Source of the DNA: an uncultured delta proteobacterium
GTDB taxonomy: Bacteria; Desulfobacterota; Syntrophobacteria; Syntrophobacterales; Syntrophobacteraceae
Assembly (NCBI GenBank): GCA_963844985.1
Contig: CAWJQV010000016.1
Location: forward strand, 5,467-69,466
DNA: 64,000 nt
Direction: 5' to 3'
Shown in pieces: positions 21,989-33,745 of the stretch. How positions within the stretch are numbered: the stretch's first letter is position 1; each line of letters begins with the position of its first letter. The notes under the pieces are model-generated. The model was not told where the DNA came from and did not search any database. It saw nothing but the letters and a program-made list of their open reading frames with translations. The position numbers were made by a program, and so were the translations under genes.

Positions 21989-23009
21989 TTACAGCAGTCC
22001 CCGCTCGATCAGCAACTCGGCGATCTGAACGGCATTGGTGGCCGCCCCCTTGCGGATGTTGTCCGCCACCACCCACATGACCAGACCATTCTCCACCGAT
22101 GGATCCTTCCGGATGCGCCCCACCAGGGTATCGTCCTGGCCCTCGGCGGCAAGCGGCACGGGGTAGTGCTTTTGAGCCGGGTCGTCCACCACGCGCACTC
22201 CGGGAGCGTTCTCCAGAAGGGACCGCACCCGGTCAACCGAGATCGGAGCCCTGGTCTCAATGTTCACCGATTCCGAGTGGCCGTAATAAACGGGGATGCG
22301 AACGGTTGTGGCACAGACCGCGATTTCAGGGTCATTGAAGATCTTGCGGGTCTCGTTGACCATCTTCATCTCTTCTTCGGTATAACCATCTTCCAGAAAG
22401 GCCCCGATATGCGGGAAGCAATTGAAGGCGATCTGGTAGGGGTAGATTTCCCTTCGCACCTCGTTGCCGTGCATGACATCGGACACCTGTTGACGCAGCT
22501 CCTCGATAGCCCGCTTCCCGGTACCCGATACCGCCTGGAAGGTGGTCACGACGATTCGTTTGATCCCCACCGCATCCTGGATGGGTTTCAGCGCCACCAC
22601 CATCTGAATGGTCGAACAGTTGGGGTTGGCGATGATATTGGGGTGAGGGGCCACGGCATCGGGGTTCACTTCCGGGACCACCAGCGGGACCCCGGGTGTC
22701 CATCCGAAATGCGCTCGAGTTGTCGATCACGACACATCCGGCCTGTGCCGCCAGGGGAGCAAATTTCTTGCTGACCGAACCTCCCGCGGAAAAAAGAGCG
22801 ACATCGATCCCCGCAAAGGAATCCTCCCGAAGTTCATAAACCGGATGTTCCCTTCCTTTGAAAGGAAGCGTTTTCCCGATGGATCGCGCCGAAGCGAGAA
22901 GTTTCAGTTCGCCAACCGGAAACGCTCGCTCTTCAAGGACTTTCACCATAAGGTTGCCAACGGCCCCGGTTGCTCCAACCACCGCCACTTTGTACGATTT
23001 TTGCGCCAT
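21989..23009 (-). CDS. asd: aspartate-semialdehyde dehydrogenase; frame broken near 22685-22700
   Basis: The N-terminal piece (VAVVGATGAVG ... NSSAFRMD) and the C-terminal piece (PLVVPEVNPDA ... NPNCSTIQMV ... QAVSGTG) lie in frames offset by one base. Confidence 0.88.
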
Positions 23010-23033
23010 TTCTTTTGCACCTCTCTATAAATT

Positions 23034-23068
23034 TGAGTAGGGAGTAAGCGGTAGGGAGTAAGGAGCTG
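23034..23068 (+). repeat. degenerate heptamers GAGTAGG GAGTAAG CGGTAGG GAGTAAG GAGCTGG
   Basis: Read directly. These are related in inverse orientation to the CTTACTG array 60 nt downstream. Confidence 0.7.
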
Positions 23069-23124
23069 GTGATGTGGATTATCACCCCAACCAAGCAACT
23101 ATGACCATGTCTCCCGAGCCCCTG

Positions 23125-23201
23125 CTCACTGCTCACTGCTTACTGCTTACTGCTTACTGCTTACTGCTTACTGCTTACTGCTTACTGCTTACTGCTTACT
23201 T
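23125..23201 (+). repeat. 11-unit heptanucleotide tandem array (2x CTCACTG, 8x CTTACTG, 1x CTTACTT)
   Basis: Read directly. The leuB stop codon (TAA, 23189-23191) and last codons lie inside the array. Confidence 0.95.
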
Positions 23202-24261
23202 ATATAATCTGCCACCAAGTCCCCGACCTCGGTTGTGGAATACCCCATCTGGCCGGCAGACAGGTTCTTGATATCCGTCCCTACCACCTTGCGGAGGGCA
23301 TTTTCGATGCGGCCGGCGGCACGTTTCTCGCCGAGGTTCTCCAGCATCATTTGAGCTGCGGCAATGGCCGCGAGCGGATTGATGATGTTTTTGCCGGTGT
23401 ACTTGGGAGCGGAGCCGCCGATGGGTTCGAACATCGACACTCCGCCCGGATTGATATTACCCCCGGCGGCAATCCCCATCCCACCCTGGATCATGGCCCC
23501 AAGGTCGGTGATGATATCTCCAAACATGTTGTCGGTTACAATCACGTCAAACCATTCCGGGTTCTTCACCATCCACATGACCGTCGCATCGACATGGGCG
23601 TAATCGGTCTGGATGTCGGGATACTCCGCTGCGACCTCATAAAACACCCGTTCCCAGAGGTCGAAAGCATAGGTCAGGACGTTGGTCTTGCCGCAAAGGG
23701 TAAGCTTTTTCCGCTTGTTGCGCCGACGGCAGAAATCGAATGCAAACCGGATGCACCGCTCAACTCCCAAGCGGGTGCTGATGGACTCCTGAATGGCCAC
23801 CTCATGCCGTGTCCCCTTCCGCAAGAAGCCGCCCGACCCGGTATACAGCCCTTCCGTGTTCTCGCGGACGACAACAAAGTCGATGTCTTCCGGTCCTTTG
23901 TCCTTGAGCGGCGTTTCCACTCCCGGATAAAGGATCACCGGCCTCAGGTTGACATATTGGTCGAGCTGAAAGCGGAGTTCCAGGAGCAGGCCCTTTTCGA
24001 GAATCCCGGGCTTGACTTCGGGATGGCCGATCGCCCCCAGGAGGATCGCATCAAAGGTCTTGAGTTCTTCCAAGACGCCGGCGGGAAGGGTTTCTCCCGT
24101 GCGCAGATAGCGCTCCCCCCCAGGTCGAAATGGACCAGACGCACCTGGAAGTCTTCTTTTTCCGCGACGGCATGCAGCGCCTTAATGGCTTCGCGAACCA
24201 CTTCGGGCCCGGTGCCGTCGCCGGCAATCACGGCAATGTTATAGGATTTTGTATTCCCCAT
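23189..24261 (-). CDS. leuB: 3-isopropylmalate dehydrogenase; frame broken at the C7 run 24115-24121
   Basis: The N-terminal piece (YNIAVIAGDGTGPEV ... HFDLGG) and the main piece (LLGAIGHP ... VRENTEGLY ... DNMFGDIITDL) are offset by one base at a 7-nt homopolymer. Confidence 0.88.
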
Positions 24262-24317
24262 GAGTCTCCTCTCTCCCCCTTGCAGGTTCAAGGCAATTGT
24301 CCGGAGTCTTCCTCCGC

Positions 24318-24833
24318 TCAACGCTCGTTAGTGCTCTCGGCGTCGGCAACCTGCTGCCGAACATAGTTCATCAGCCCGCCTGCCTGCAAGAGTTCCTGCA
24401 TGAACGGGGGCACCGGTTGCGCCCTGTGGCTCCGGCGTCGGGTATGATTGATGATCAGGCCCTGATCCAGGTCCACTTCAACCTCATCCCCGGTGACAAT
24501 GACAGCAGCGGCTTCCGGCGATTCCAAAATAAGGAGCCCCATATTGAAGGCATTCCGGTAAAAGATCCGCGCAAAGCTGTGGGCAATGACACAGCTTATG
24601 CCGGCCCCTTTTATGGCCACCGGGGCATGTTCCCGCGAGGAACCGCACCCGAAGTTTTTTCCCGCCACAATGATGTCGCCCGCCTTGACTTTCCCCGGGA
24701 ATTCCGGGTCGGCGTCTTCCATGCAGTGGGCCGCCAGAAACTGCGGGTCCGTGCTGATCAGATAGCGTGCCGGGATGATCGCGTCGGTATCGACATCATC
24801 CCCGAATTTCCAGGCTTTTCCTCTGATTGTCAT
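24318..24833 (-). CDS. leuD: 3-isopropylmalate dehydratase small subunit
   Basis: 171-aa ORF with GKAWKFGDDVDTDAIIPARYL and GKNFGCGSSREHA. Confidence 0.9.
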   Translation of the reverse strand: MTIRGKAWKFGDDVDTDAIIPARYLISTDPQFLAAHCMEDADPEFPGKVKAGDIIVAGKNFGCGSSREHAPVAIKGAGISCVIAHSFARIFYRNAFNMGLLILESPEAAAVIVTGDEVEVDLDQGLIINHTRRRSHRAQPVPPFMQELLQAGGLMNYVRQQVADAESTNER

Positions 24834-24836
24834 ATC

Positions 24837-26096
24837 TCAAACCCCTTCCGGATGGACGATATACCCGGCAATAGCGGAAGCGGCAGCGACTGCAGGGTTG
24901 GTCAGGTAGACTTCACTTTCCGGATGCCCCATGCGTCCCACAAAGTTGCGGTTGGTGGTGGCCACGGCCCGCTCGCCCGCTGCAAGAATTCCCATGTGTC
25001 CTCCCAGGCAGGGACCGCAGGTGGGGGTGCTCACCGCCGCTTCAGCATCGATGAAAATCTCCATCAGGCCATGCTGCAGGGCCTGACGGTAGATCTCCTG
25101 GGTCGCCGGAATGATCAGGCACCGGACCCCGGGAGCGACCTTCCTGCCTTTGAGAATTCGCGCCGCCTGCTGCAGGTCCTCGAAGCGCCCGTTGGTGCAG
25201 GAACCGATAACCGCCTGTTGAATGGGAATGCGAGGGAGTTCCGTCACCGGCCGCACATTCTCCGGGGAATGGGGCAAGGCCACCATGGGTTCGAATCCCG
25301 AAACATCCCATTCGTAAGTACGCTCATAACAGGCGTCGGCATCGCTCTTGTAGAACTGGTAGCTTCTCTTGGCCCGGCCTTTGACATACTCCTCCGTGAT
25401 CGCGTCAGGCGGAATGATGCCCACCTTAGCCCCCGCTTCTATGGCCATATTGCTCATGGTGAAGCGGTCTGCCATGGGAAGTGTATCGATCACCTCTCCC
25501 GTGAATTCCATCGCACAATAGCGCGCACCATCGACACCAACCTGACCGATCGTGTACAGGATGAGGTCCTTGCCGCCCACCCAGGGCCGCAATTTTCCGC
25601 TAAAAACGAACTTCATGGAGGAAGGGACCTTAAACCAGATTCTCCCGGTCATCATGACCGCCGCCAGGTCCGTGCTCCCCACGCCCGTGGCGAAAGCCCC
25701 GAGCGCCCCGTAGGTGCAGGTGTGGCTGTCCGCGCCAATCACCACATCCCCCGGAAGCACCAGTCCCTTTTCCGGCAAGAGAGCATGTTCGATGCCCATG
25801 CGGCCGACTTCATAGAAATGGACCAGCTGCTGTTCGGCGGCGAATTCCCGGAGCGCCTTGACCTGCATCGCGGAAGCGATGTCCTTGTTCGGGGTGAAAT
25901 GATCGGGAATCAAGGCAACACGCTCGCGATCGAAGACCTTTTTGGCTCCCGCTCGCCGAAACGCTTCAATTGCGAACGGAGCCGTAATATCGTTGCCCAG
26001 GGCAAAATCGACGGTTACCTCGAGAAGCTCTCCCGGGCGGAGTTCCGATCGCCCGGCGTGGGCTGACAGGATTTTTTCACTGATGGTCATGGACAT
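24837..26096 (-). CDS. leuC: 3-isopropylmalate dehydratase large subunit
   Basis: 419-aa aconitase-family ORF with DHFTPN, GADSHTCTYGALGAFATG, GSCTNGR, CGPCLG. Confidence 0.92.
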   Translation of the reverse strand: MSMTISEKILSAHAGRSELRPGELLEVTVDFALGNDITAPFAIEAFRRAGAKKVFDRERVALIPDHFTPNKDIASAMQVKALREFAAEQQLVHFYEVGRMGIEHALLPEKGLVLPGDVVIGADSHTCTYGALGAFATGVGSTDLAAVMMTGRIWFKVPSSMKFVFSGKLRPWVGGKDLILYTIGQVGVDGARYCAMEFTGEVIDTLPMADRFTMSNMAIEAGAKVGIIPPDAITEEYVKGRAKRSYQFYKSDADACYERTYEWDVSGFEPMVALPHSPENVRPVTELPRIPIQQAVIGSCTNGRFEDLQQAARILKGRKVAPGVRCLIIPATQEIYRQALQHGLMEIFIDAEAAVSTPTCGPCLGGHMGILAAGERAVATTNRNFVGRMGHPESEVYLTNPAVAAASAIAGYIVHPEGV

Positions 26097-26266
26097 CTTT
26101 CAACCTTTCACACGAGAAGCAGACGTGATGCTATCCGCACCACGATTCAGGAGACCACTTCGTGGGTTCTCCGGCATCGGCGATCCGCCGCCGGCCACGA
26201 AGAGGCGCGCAAATCCCGTCGGGCCCCAGCCAGAAATGCTGGCGATCCGCCGGTCGGGAGGCAGCC

Positions 26267-27115
26267 TCAGGAATGACTCGCATCATCCCGGGGCGTCTGT
26301 TCATACCTGACCGGGACGGGTTCGTTTGTTCCGTCGCTCTTCGGGGCCCGGTAGCGCTTCAGGACATACTCAAGGGGACCGGAGATCACGTAGGTCAGGA
26401 GGATGGTGAACATCATGGGACCAGGACTGACCGCAACGACCGTCACGAGCACGATCACCAGGAAGAGGACCGGCATGGGTTTGGATTTTACAAACTCAAA
26501 GTCTTTAAAGCTGTTGAACGGAATCGTGCTCACCATAAGGAACCCGAGCAGGTACGTGAACACCAGGAGCGGCACCCCGAGAAGGTGGGGCGAAGCGATC
26601 TCCAACCCGTCCAGGAAGAGGACCGTGGTCGCAATCATCAGCGCCGCCCCGGGAATGGGCAGGCCGACGAAATACTTGCTGCTCACCGTGCCGACTTGAA
26701 CGTTGAAGCGAGCCAGCCGCAAAGCGCCGCAGGCGACAAACAGAAAGGCCGCCAACCATCCCACCCGACCGAACGGCCGCAGGGCCCAGAGGTAAACCAG
26801 CAGTCCGGGTCCCACGCCGAAGGCCACCAGGTCGGCAAGCGAATCATACTCCACGCCGAAGCGACTGGTAGCCTTGGTGAGACGGGCAACCTTGCCGTCC
26901 AGGATGTCGAAGACACAGGAGACCAGGACGGCCAGTGCGGCTATTTCAAACTTGCCGTTGATGGCGTTGACGATGCCGAAGAAGCCGCTGAAGAGGTTGG
27001 CCGTGGTAAAAAGGTTCGGAACGATATAGGTCCCGCGGTGGAACTTCCCCTCCTGGTCCTTGAATCGGCGCCATCTGCGTTTCCGCGGCCGTCGTTTTTT
27101 TATTTCAGCCGACAT
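26267..27115 (-). CDS. pssA: CDP-diacylglycerol--serine O-phosphatidyltransferase
   Basis: CDP-alcohol phosphatidyltransferase motif DILDGKVARLTKATSRFGVEYDSLADLV in a polytopic protein. Confidence 0.85.
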   Translation of the reverse strand: MSAEIKKRRPRKRRWRRFKDQEGKFHRGTYIVPNLFTTANLFSGFFGIVNAINGKFEIAALAVLVSCVFDILDGKVARLTKATSRFGVEYDSLADLVAFGVGPGLLVYLWALRPFGRVGWLAAFLFVACGALRLARFNVQVGTVSSKYFVGLPIPGAALMIATTVLFLDGLEIASPHLLGVPLLVFTYLLGFLMVSTIPFNSFKDFEFVKSKPMPVLFLVIVLVTVVAVSPGPMMFTILLTYVISGPLEYVLKRYRAPKSDGTNEPVPVRYEQTPRDDASHS

Positions 27116-27765
27116 AACGGTGTCTCCCCCGCATAAACATGTTCATTCCGCGAAACCAGAAGATCGCTTTCTTCAGGCACATAAAGATCCACTCGGGAAC
27201 CAAAGCGAATCAGCCCGAACCGCTCGCCGCGCAAAACCCGATCGCCGACGGTCGGCCAGCAGACAATGCGGCGAGCAATCAAGCCCGCCACTTGCGTCAG
27301 GACCACGTCAACGCCCTCATCACTGCGAATCCACACCCAGTTCTGCTCGTTTTCGCGGCTGGCCCTGGGCTTCTGCGCAGCCAAAAAGCGACCCTTCCGG
27401 TAGTGCACGCCGTGAACGGCACCCGACACAGGAACCCGATTCACGTGCACATCAAAAACGGACATAAAAATGCTGATTTTAAGCGACGGAGCCTGCGAGA
27501 AGTGCGTTCCGTCAACTCTCTCGATAAGGATCACCTTACCGTCGGCGGGGGACACAACGTCCCTGTCGTCGGCCGTAAGAACACGTTCCGGGTCCCGAAA
27601 GAAATGACCCACAAGAAGGGTCAGCACAAGCAGCAATCCCGCGAGAAGAGAATACCCCAGTATGGCAAAAACCAGCGTCGTGAACGCAAACGCCAGCACA
27701 AAAGGAATCCCTTCCCGCGCAAACGGTATGTGCTTTCTCTTTTCGCGAAAGGTCACGGAATTCAT
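27100..27765 (-). CDS. psd: phosphatidylserine decarboxylase (short form)
   Basis: 221-aa ORF with the FGSR self-cleavage motif (GLIRFGSRVDLY), adjacent to pssA. Confidence 0.82.
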   Translation of the reverse strand: MNSVTFREKRKHIPFAREGIPFVLAFAFTTLVFAILGYSLLAGLLLVLTLLVGHFFRDPERVLTADDRDVVSPADGKVILIERVDGTHFSQAPSLKISIFMSVFDVHVNRVPVSGAVHGVHYRKGRFLAAQKPRASRENEQNWVWIRSDEGVDVVLTQVAGLIARRIVCWPTVGDRVLRGERFGLIRFGSRVDLYVPEESDLLVSRNEHVYAGETPLCRLK

Positions 27766-27812
27766 GCGACCCCCTCAACCCCGAACAGAAGTCGAAAACC
27801 AGAAGTCAGAAT

Positions 27813-28815
<1,003 letters not shown>

Positions 28816-28835
28816 AACCGTCTCCTTCTTGTCGT

Positions 28836-29336
28836 TTAGTGTTTCTTGCTCCGAGCCAGCGCCGCTTTGCCCGTACGAGCGATTTCCACGATACCCATTT
28901 GATTCAGCAGTTCAATGATTGCCGAAATCTTGCCCTCATTTCCGGTGATTTCGATGGTGTAAAAGTGAGGACTCACGTCTACCACTTTGGCTCGGAAGAT
29001 GTCCACAATACGCAGCACCTCGGCCCTCGTCTGGGCCTCGGCCCGAACCTTGATCAGAGCCATTTCCCGGTCGACGAATTCCGTTTCCCGAAAGTCAAAG
29101 ACCTTGATCACATTGATCAGTTTGTTGAGCTGCTTGATGATTTGCGCCAAAATATGTTCGTCGCCGACGATTACCAGGGTGATGCGCGTGATCCCGGGTT
29201 CATTGGTTTCAGCGGCGGTGATATTCTCGATATTGAATCCTCTGCCGGCGAGCAGCCCCACCACCCGGGCGAGCACTCCCGGGAGGTTCTGTACCAGCAT
29301 GCCAATTGTGTACCGTTTTGCCTGGTTGGTCTCCAC
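28836..29336 (-). CDS. ilvN: acetolactate synthase small (regulatory) subunit
   Basis: ACT-domain N-terminus ([29 protein letters not shown]), downstream of ilvB. Confidence 0.9.
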   Translation of the reverse strand: METNQAKRYTIGMLVQNLPGVLARVVGLLAGRGFNIENITAAETNEPGITRITLVIVGDEHILAQIIKQLNKLINVIKVFDFRETEFVDREMALIKVRAEAQTRAEVLRIVDIFRAKVVDVSPHFYTIEITGNEGKISAIIELLNQMGIVEIARTGKAALARSKKH

Positions 29337-29431
29337 GTTTACTCCATGGCTGTAATGAGCAACACCCGATCCTGGCCCGCCCGAAATCCGAGATGCGCCG
29401 TCGGAAATCGGGAAAAGGCAACCTCTCGGCC

Positions 29432-31153
29432 TTATTTCAGCAGCATATCATTGATGCTTTTCCCGGCAGGCACCATGGGGTAGACCCCTTCTTCCGGGGC
29501 CACCACAAAATCCATGAGCACCGGTCTCTTGACGGAAAAAGCTTCGCGCAGCACCGGTTCCACTTCTTCCGGCCGGGTCGCGCGGAGCCCCACCGCACCA
29601 TAGGCTTCGGCCAGTTTGACGAAGTCCGGGGTAATCCCTTCCAGGCAGGTGCCGCAGTAATTGCACTCGTAGAAGAGCTCCTGCCACTGGCGAACCATGC
29701 CCAGATACTGGTTTCTCAAAATCGCGACCTTTACCGGAAGATTGTTGCAGACCGCCGTGATGACTTCCTGAATGTTCATCTGGATGCTGCCGTCGCCGGC
29801 AATGTCGACCACCAGCCGGTCCGGAAAGGCCGCCTGGGCGCCGATCGCGGCGGGAAAGCCATAGCCCATGGTGCCGAGCCCCCCCGAGGTGAGAAGGGTG
29901 CGGGGACGGTTGAAGTGATAGAACTGCGCCGCCCACATCTGGTTCTGGCCTACTTCGGTGGTGATGATGGCGTCTCCGCCGCTGAGCTCATAGATCTTTT
30001 CGACCACGAACTGCGGCTTGATCACGTCGCCTCCCTGTTCGTATCCAAGGGGATGAGCGGCTTCCCACTGCCGGATCTGATCCAGCCAGGGGAACCGCTG
30101 CTCCACCAAGCCCTTGACGGGATCTTCTTCGGCCATCACCATGAGCTTTTGCAGAGCATTTTTGCAGTCACCCACAATGGGGATGTGAGCTTCGACGACC
30201 TTCCCGATACTGGTGGGATCGACGTCAATATGAATGATCTGGGCTTTGGGGGCAAAGCCGCTGACCTTTCCGGTGACGCGGTCATCGAAGCGGGCCCCCA
30301 CCGTGATCAGCAGGTCGGAATGGGTCACCGCCATATTGGCCCGATAGGTGCCGTGCATTCCGAGCATTCCCAGCCAAAGCGGATGGAGTGCCCTTCGGCC
30401 CGACTTTTCTTTAACCGTGGCCGGAAAACCGCCGAGTCCCATGAGTGTGGTCGTCACCGGAATCTGCATGAACTCGGCGAACTGGCGCAACTCATCATGG
30501 GCGTCCGAATGGATCACTCCGCCCCCCGCATAGATCAGGGGACGCTTGGCTTTCCTGATCAGTTCGTGGGCGCGCTTGATTTGCCCCATGTGCGCTTCCA
30601 GAGTGGGACGATATCCGGGCAGGTCTACCCTCCGGGGATATTTGAACTCGGTCTGAGACTGGAGCATATCCTTGGGCAAATCGACCACGACCGGCCCCGG
30701 ACGACCGGTCCGGGCCAGGTAAAAGGCCTCTTTTATGGTCCTTGCCAGATCGTTGACATCCCTGACCAGATAGCTGTGTTTGGTGCAGGGCCGGGTGATG
30801 CCGATGATGTCCACTTCCTGGAAAGCGTCGTCGCCGATCATGGCGGTGGGGACCTGGCCGGTAAAGACCACGATGGGAACCGAATCCATATTGGCGGTGG
30901 CCACTCCGGTGACCGTGTTGGTGGCCCCGGGGCCGGAGGTTACCAGGCAAACCCCCACACGGCCGCTGGCCCGCGCATACCCGTCGGCCATGTGAGCCGC
31001 CCCCTGTTCGTGGCGAACCAGGATGTGGCGGATGCCGGCGTTGGGCATTTCATGATAGACGTCAAGAACCGACCCCCCCGGAAAACCGAAGATGACCTCG
31101 ACGTTCTCCTTCTTGAGGCTTTCGAAAAAGATCTGTGCTCCCTTTAGTTTCAT
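29432..31153 (-). CDS. ilvB: acetolactate synthase large subunit (biosynthetic type)
   Basis: 573-aa ThDP enzyme with [17 protein letters not shown] and [15 protein letters not shown]...GDGSIQMN. Confidence 0.93.
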   Translation of the reverse strand: MKLKGAQIFFESLKKENVEVIFGFPGGSVLDVYHEMPNAGIRHILVRHEQGAAHMADGYARASGRVGVCLVTSGPGATNTVTGVATANMDSVPIVVFTGQVPTAMIGDDAFQEVDIIGITRPCTKHSYLVRDVNDLARTIKEAFYLARTGRPGPVVVDLPKDMLQSQTEFKYPRRVDLPGYRPTLEAHMGQIKRAHELIRKAKRPLIYAGGGVIHSDAHDELRQFAEFMQIPVTTTLMGLGGFPATVKEKSGRRALHPLWLGMLGMHGTYRANMAVTHSDLLITVGARFDDRVTGKVSGFAPKAQIIHIDVDPTSIGKVVEAHIPIVGDCKNALQKLMVMAEEDPVKGLVEQRFPWLDQIRQWEAAHPLGYEQGGDVIKPQFVVEKIYELSGGDAIITTEVGQNQMWAAQFYHFNRPRTLLTSGGLGTMGYGFPAAIGAQAAFPDRLVVDIAGDGSIQMNIQEVITAVCNNLPVKVAILRNQYLGMVRQWQELFYECNYCGTCLEGITPDFVKLAEAYGAVGLRATRPEEVEPVLREAFSVKRPVLMDFVVAPEEGVYPMVPAGKSINDMLLK

Positions 31154-31306
31154 AGACGATCCCTCACCGACCGACCACGCTCCAGGTCAGTACTTTGAAA
31201 TGCTTATTCATTCGACAGAAAATTCGAAACTACTTTCATAACCCAAAAGAAAGTGCTTCTGCCATAAAAATTTGATGTTGGCAGATTTTCCGAATAATCT
31301 TAACCG

Positions 31307-31346
31307 AATTTTCATGCCGGGGCAGAAATTTTCATGCCGGGTCAGC
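31307..31346 (+). repeat. 2 x 20-nt tandem duplication AATTTTCATGCCGGG(G/T)CAG(A/C)
   Basis: Read directly. It lies in the region where the HTH of the WYL regulator would be expected. Confidence 0.85.
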
Positions 31347-31443
31347 ATCCGTAAAGCATCGACAGAAATAGCGCCGATGTGCAAGAAACCCGTTCACTCC
31401 GGGTGGGGAGTTTACCGGTCGGTTTGCTTTCAGATGAAAGCTC

Positions 31444-32217
31444 GTGGAGTGTTGCGGCAGGAATCTTGACGTTAAATGGCGATTAACCAAAGGCGAAGCC
31501 AAACTCTTCAACGGCACCGAGATCGAGAAAATGGCCGACTCCGCCTTCGGCAAAATGTCGTTTTTTATGCCGGTGGGATTTTCCCAGCAACTGGATAAGA
31601 TCCGAACACTATTCGTACCGCCGGGCAAATTCACCAAGGATTATACGGGAAAGGAGAAGATCATTAACGACCTTCGGCGGGCAATGATCGAGCAGAGGCG
31701 CTGCACGGTGAGATACCACTCCTTCAGTTCCGGGAAAAAGCGGGAATATGAACTTGATCCCCTGCGGTTTTTTGAGAATAACGGCGGGCTCTATGCCTTC
31801 GTCTACATTTGTGGATACAATGAAATTCGAACCTTGGCAGTGGAGCGGATCGAGCGGTTGGAGGTAACCGATGTCTCCTTCGATTATCCCGAAGACTTCG
31901 ATCCCGAAAAACTGCTCACTTCAGCCTTCGGCATCATCTTCGACAAACCCTTCCAGGTTAAAATCAGGTTCTCCAAAGAGGCCGCACCGTACATCCGGGA
32001 GCGAACGTGGGCACCCGTTCAGCAGCTTACTGAAAATGAAGTCGATGGCTCGCTCATTCTGGAAATGGAAACCCTGGGCTGGCTCGATGTCAAGAAATGG
32101 GTGCTATCCCACGGCGTGCAGGCGGAACTCCTGGAACCGAAGGAAATGAGGGCCGAAATTGCAGAGGAACTGAAGAACTGTCTCCTAAAATACTCGACTT
32201 CCTCGGTTGCCCGGTAA
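31444..32217 (+). CDS. WYL-domain regulator lacking an intact N-terminal HTH
   Basis: VRYHSFSSGKKREYELDPLRFFENNGGLYAFVY (WYL domain) plus a C-terminal extension. The upstream ORF 31272-31469 is in another frame. Confidence 0.7.
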   Translation: MECCGRNLDVKWRLTKGEAKLFNGTEIEKMADSAFGKMSFFMPVGFSQQLDKIRTLFVPPGKFTKDYTGKEKIINDLRRAMIEQRRCTVRYHSFSSGKKREYELDPLRFFENNGGLYAFVYICGYNEIRTLAVERIERLEVTDVSFDYPEDFDPEKLLTSAFGIIFDKPFQVKIRFSKEAAPYIRERTWAPVQQLTENEVDGSLILEMETLGWLDVKKWVLSHGVQAELLEPKEMRAEIAEELKNCLLKYSTSSVAR

Positions 32218-32355
32218 AGTACAGAACTGATTCTTATCCACGAAGTCAGCGCTGCGATTCCGGCCATTTTATGCAAATTATAGGCTCAGCTTCGATGTTT
32301 ATGTCGGGGTAAAACAGGGGAGATGGCATTGGCTTTTTCATTCTCGGACAAATTC

Positions 32356-32571
32356 CTAGACAGCGTCCTTTATCAGTTGGTACTTGACGGGCAGCAATTG
32401 TTCCAAATTCACATGGACTGAGGCGTTCATGATTTCGATGCCGATGATCCTGTCCCCCGCACCCACGTCCAGCACGACATCTTCTGTAATCCGTCGGTTA
32501 ATGGTCTCCTGCCGCCTATCATCAAGGCGGATATAAAGAAGATCCGTCTTGTTGTTATAGAGAATGTTCAT
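32356..32571 (-). CDS. DUF2283-family protein (antitoxin-like)
   Basis: MNILYNNKTDLLYIRLDD ... VLDVGAGDRIIGIEIMNAS pattern, starting at an internal Met of the 89-aa ORF. Confidence 0.7.
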   Translation of the reverse strand: MNILYNNKTDLLYIRLDDRRQETINRRITEDVVLDVGAGDRIIGIEIMNASVHVNLEQLLPVKYQLIKDAV

Positions 32572-33745
32572 CTTTCTATCTCCCATTTCCCATAGAATAC
32601 GTAAACCGTAACCGTTATGATACAATCTCTCTCGGTAACAAAGAAGACCTCAACTCGTTTTTGCTCGTAATACTTCTGTCTGATTCGCAGAGGATGAGCA
32701 GCAGCCAAGCAAAGAATTTACTGTTAATCTGTCTCATCTCAACCTCCTTGGATTCTAAGAATTCTGGGCAGTTAAGGCTGACGACACTCCTAAAGCTGTA
32801 AGATGAAACCGTTTGACTGACGATAGCTCCATGAAGCTAGGAAGGGTTGTTAACAGGGTAACGAAGTTTCCTGAGATTTCTGGATTATTATATATACTAA
32901 AATCTTTTCATGTGAGACGCTCATCTCAGAGTTTGATTGAGCTTTCCCCTGCGAAATGTGGAACAGGAAGCATTGTTATTTGACCATCCTCACCTTCCGA
33001 AAAGCGTGTAGACGATGGTAAAAGCTTTGAATAAGGCGTTTAGGCAGACGTTTTCAAATTACATACACAGCATGAAGATTTTTATTTTACCGTCGCTACG
33101 ACTCGGTGTCAACAGCATCCGGAGGTGCGGTGTAGACATCTCAACCAGCGGCAAAAGGAGAAATCTTCTCTGGCTTATCGTCACGGTTCCGGGTTTACGG
33201 CCAGTTTTTTGACCTGAGTCCCGGATTCAGTGGCTGACACTCCGAGTGTTATCGAGAAAAAGGGCATTTCAGTCGCATAGTGCCATGAGAACGGCACTGC
33301 AGCCAGGTTGTTTGGTCGTAAAGGGAATGTCCTGCCGTCCGTCATGAGGTGTCCGCCCAGATGATAGGTTCCTGCTTGGTGACCCTATGAAGCAGAGCAA
33401 GATAGAGCGTTTTCATGGATTCCAAAATGACCCAACAAGAATTAAGGAACATATATCCTCCCAGAGAGCTTTCTTGCTGCCTATTTTATTTATTTCAGGA
33501 CAGCTTGGAAGGGGTGCAACAGAACTGCCGAGTTTGGTCGACGAGGAAAGCCAGCGCCATCATCCACCCAACCCGACGCGTCACGTACAACCCAAGCCCG
33601 GAGGAGTCGCAAGGCTCCCTCGGCTCTTGCTCATAAAGCCGGCCTGCACGTTCCGGAAAAGTCTGGAGAGATCGCCTTAACATCCCACCAAAGTGAATAT
33701 ATCTTAACAAAATGCTTACTTAGATAAACTGGTAACCTCAAACAG

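Noticed and set aside
23125-23201. Possible CRISPR array or other spacer-containing repeat
   Set aside because: The units are 7 nt and directly abutting, with no spacers, so this is a simple tandem (VNTR-like) repeat. No cas genes are present in the window.
31154-31300. Leader-peptide attenuator upstream of ilvB
   Set aside because: The minus-strand 5' region contains no short ORF enriched in Ile/Val/Leu codons and no terminator/anti-terminator pair that I could fold.
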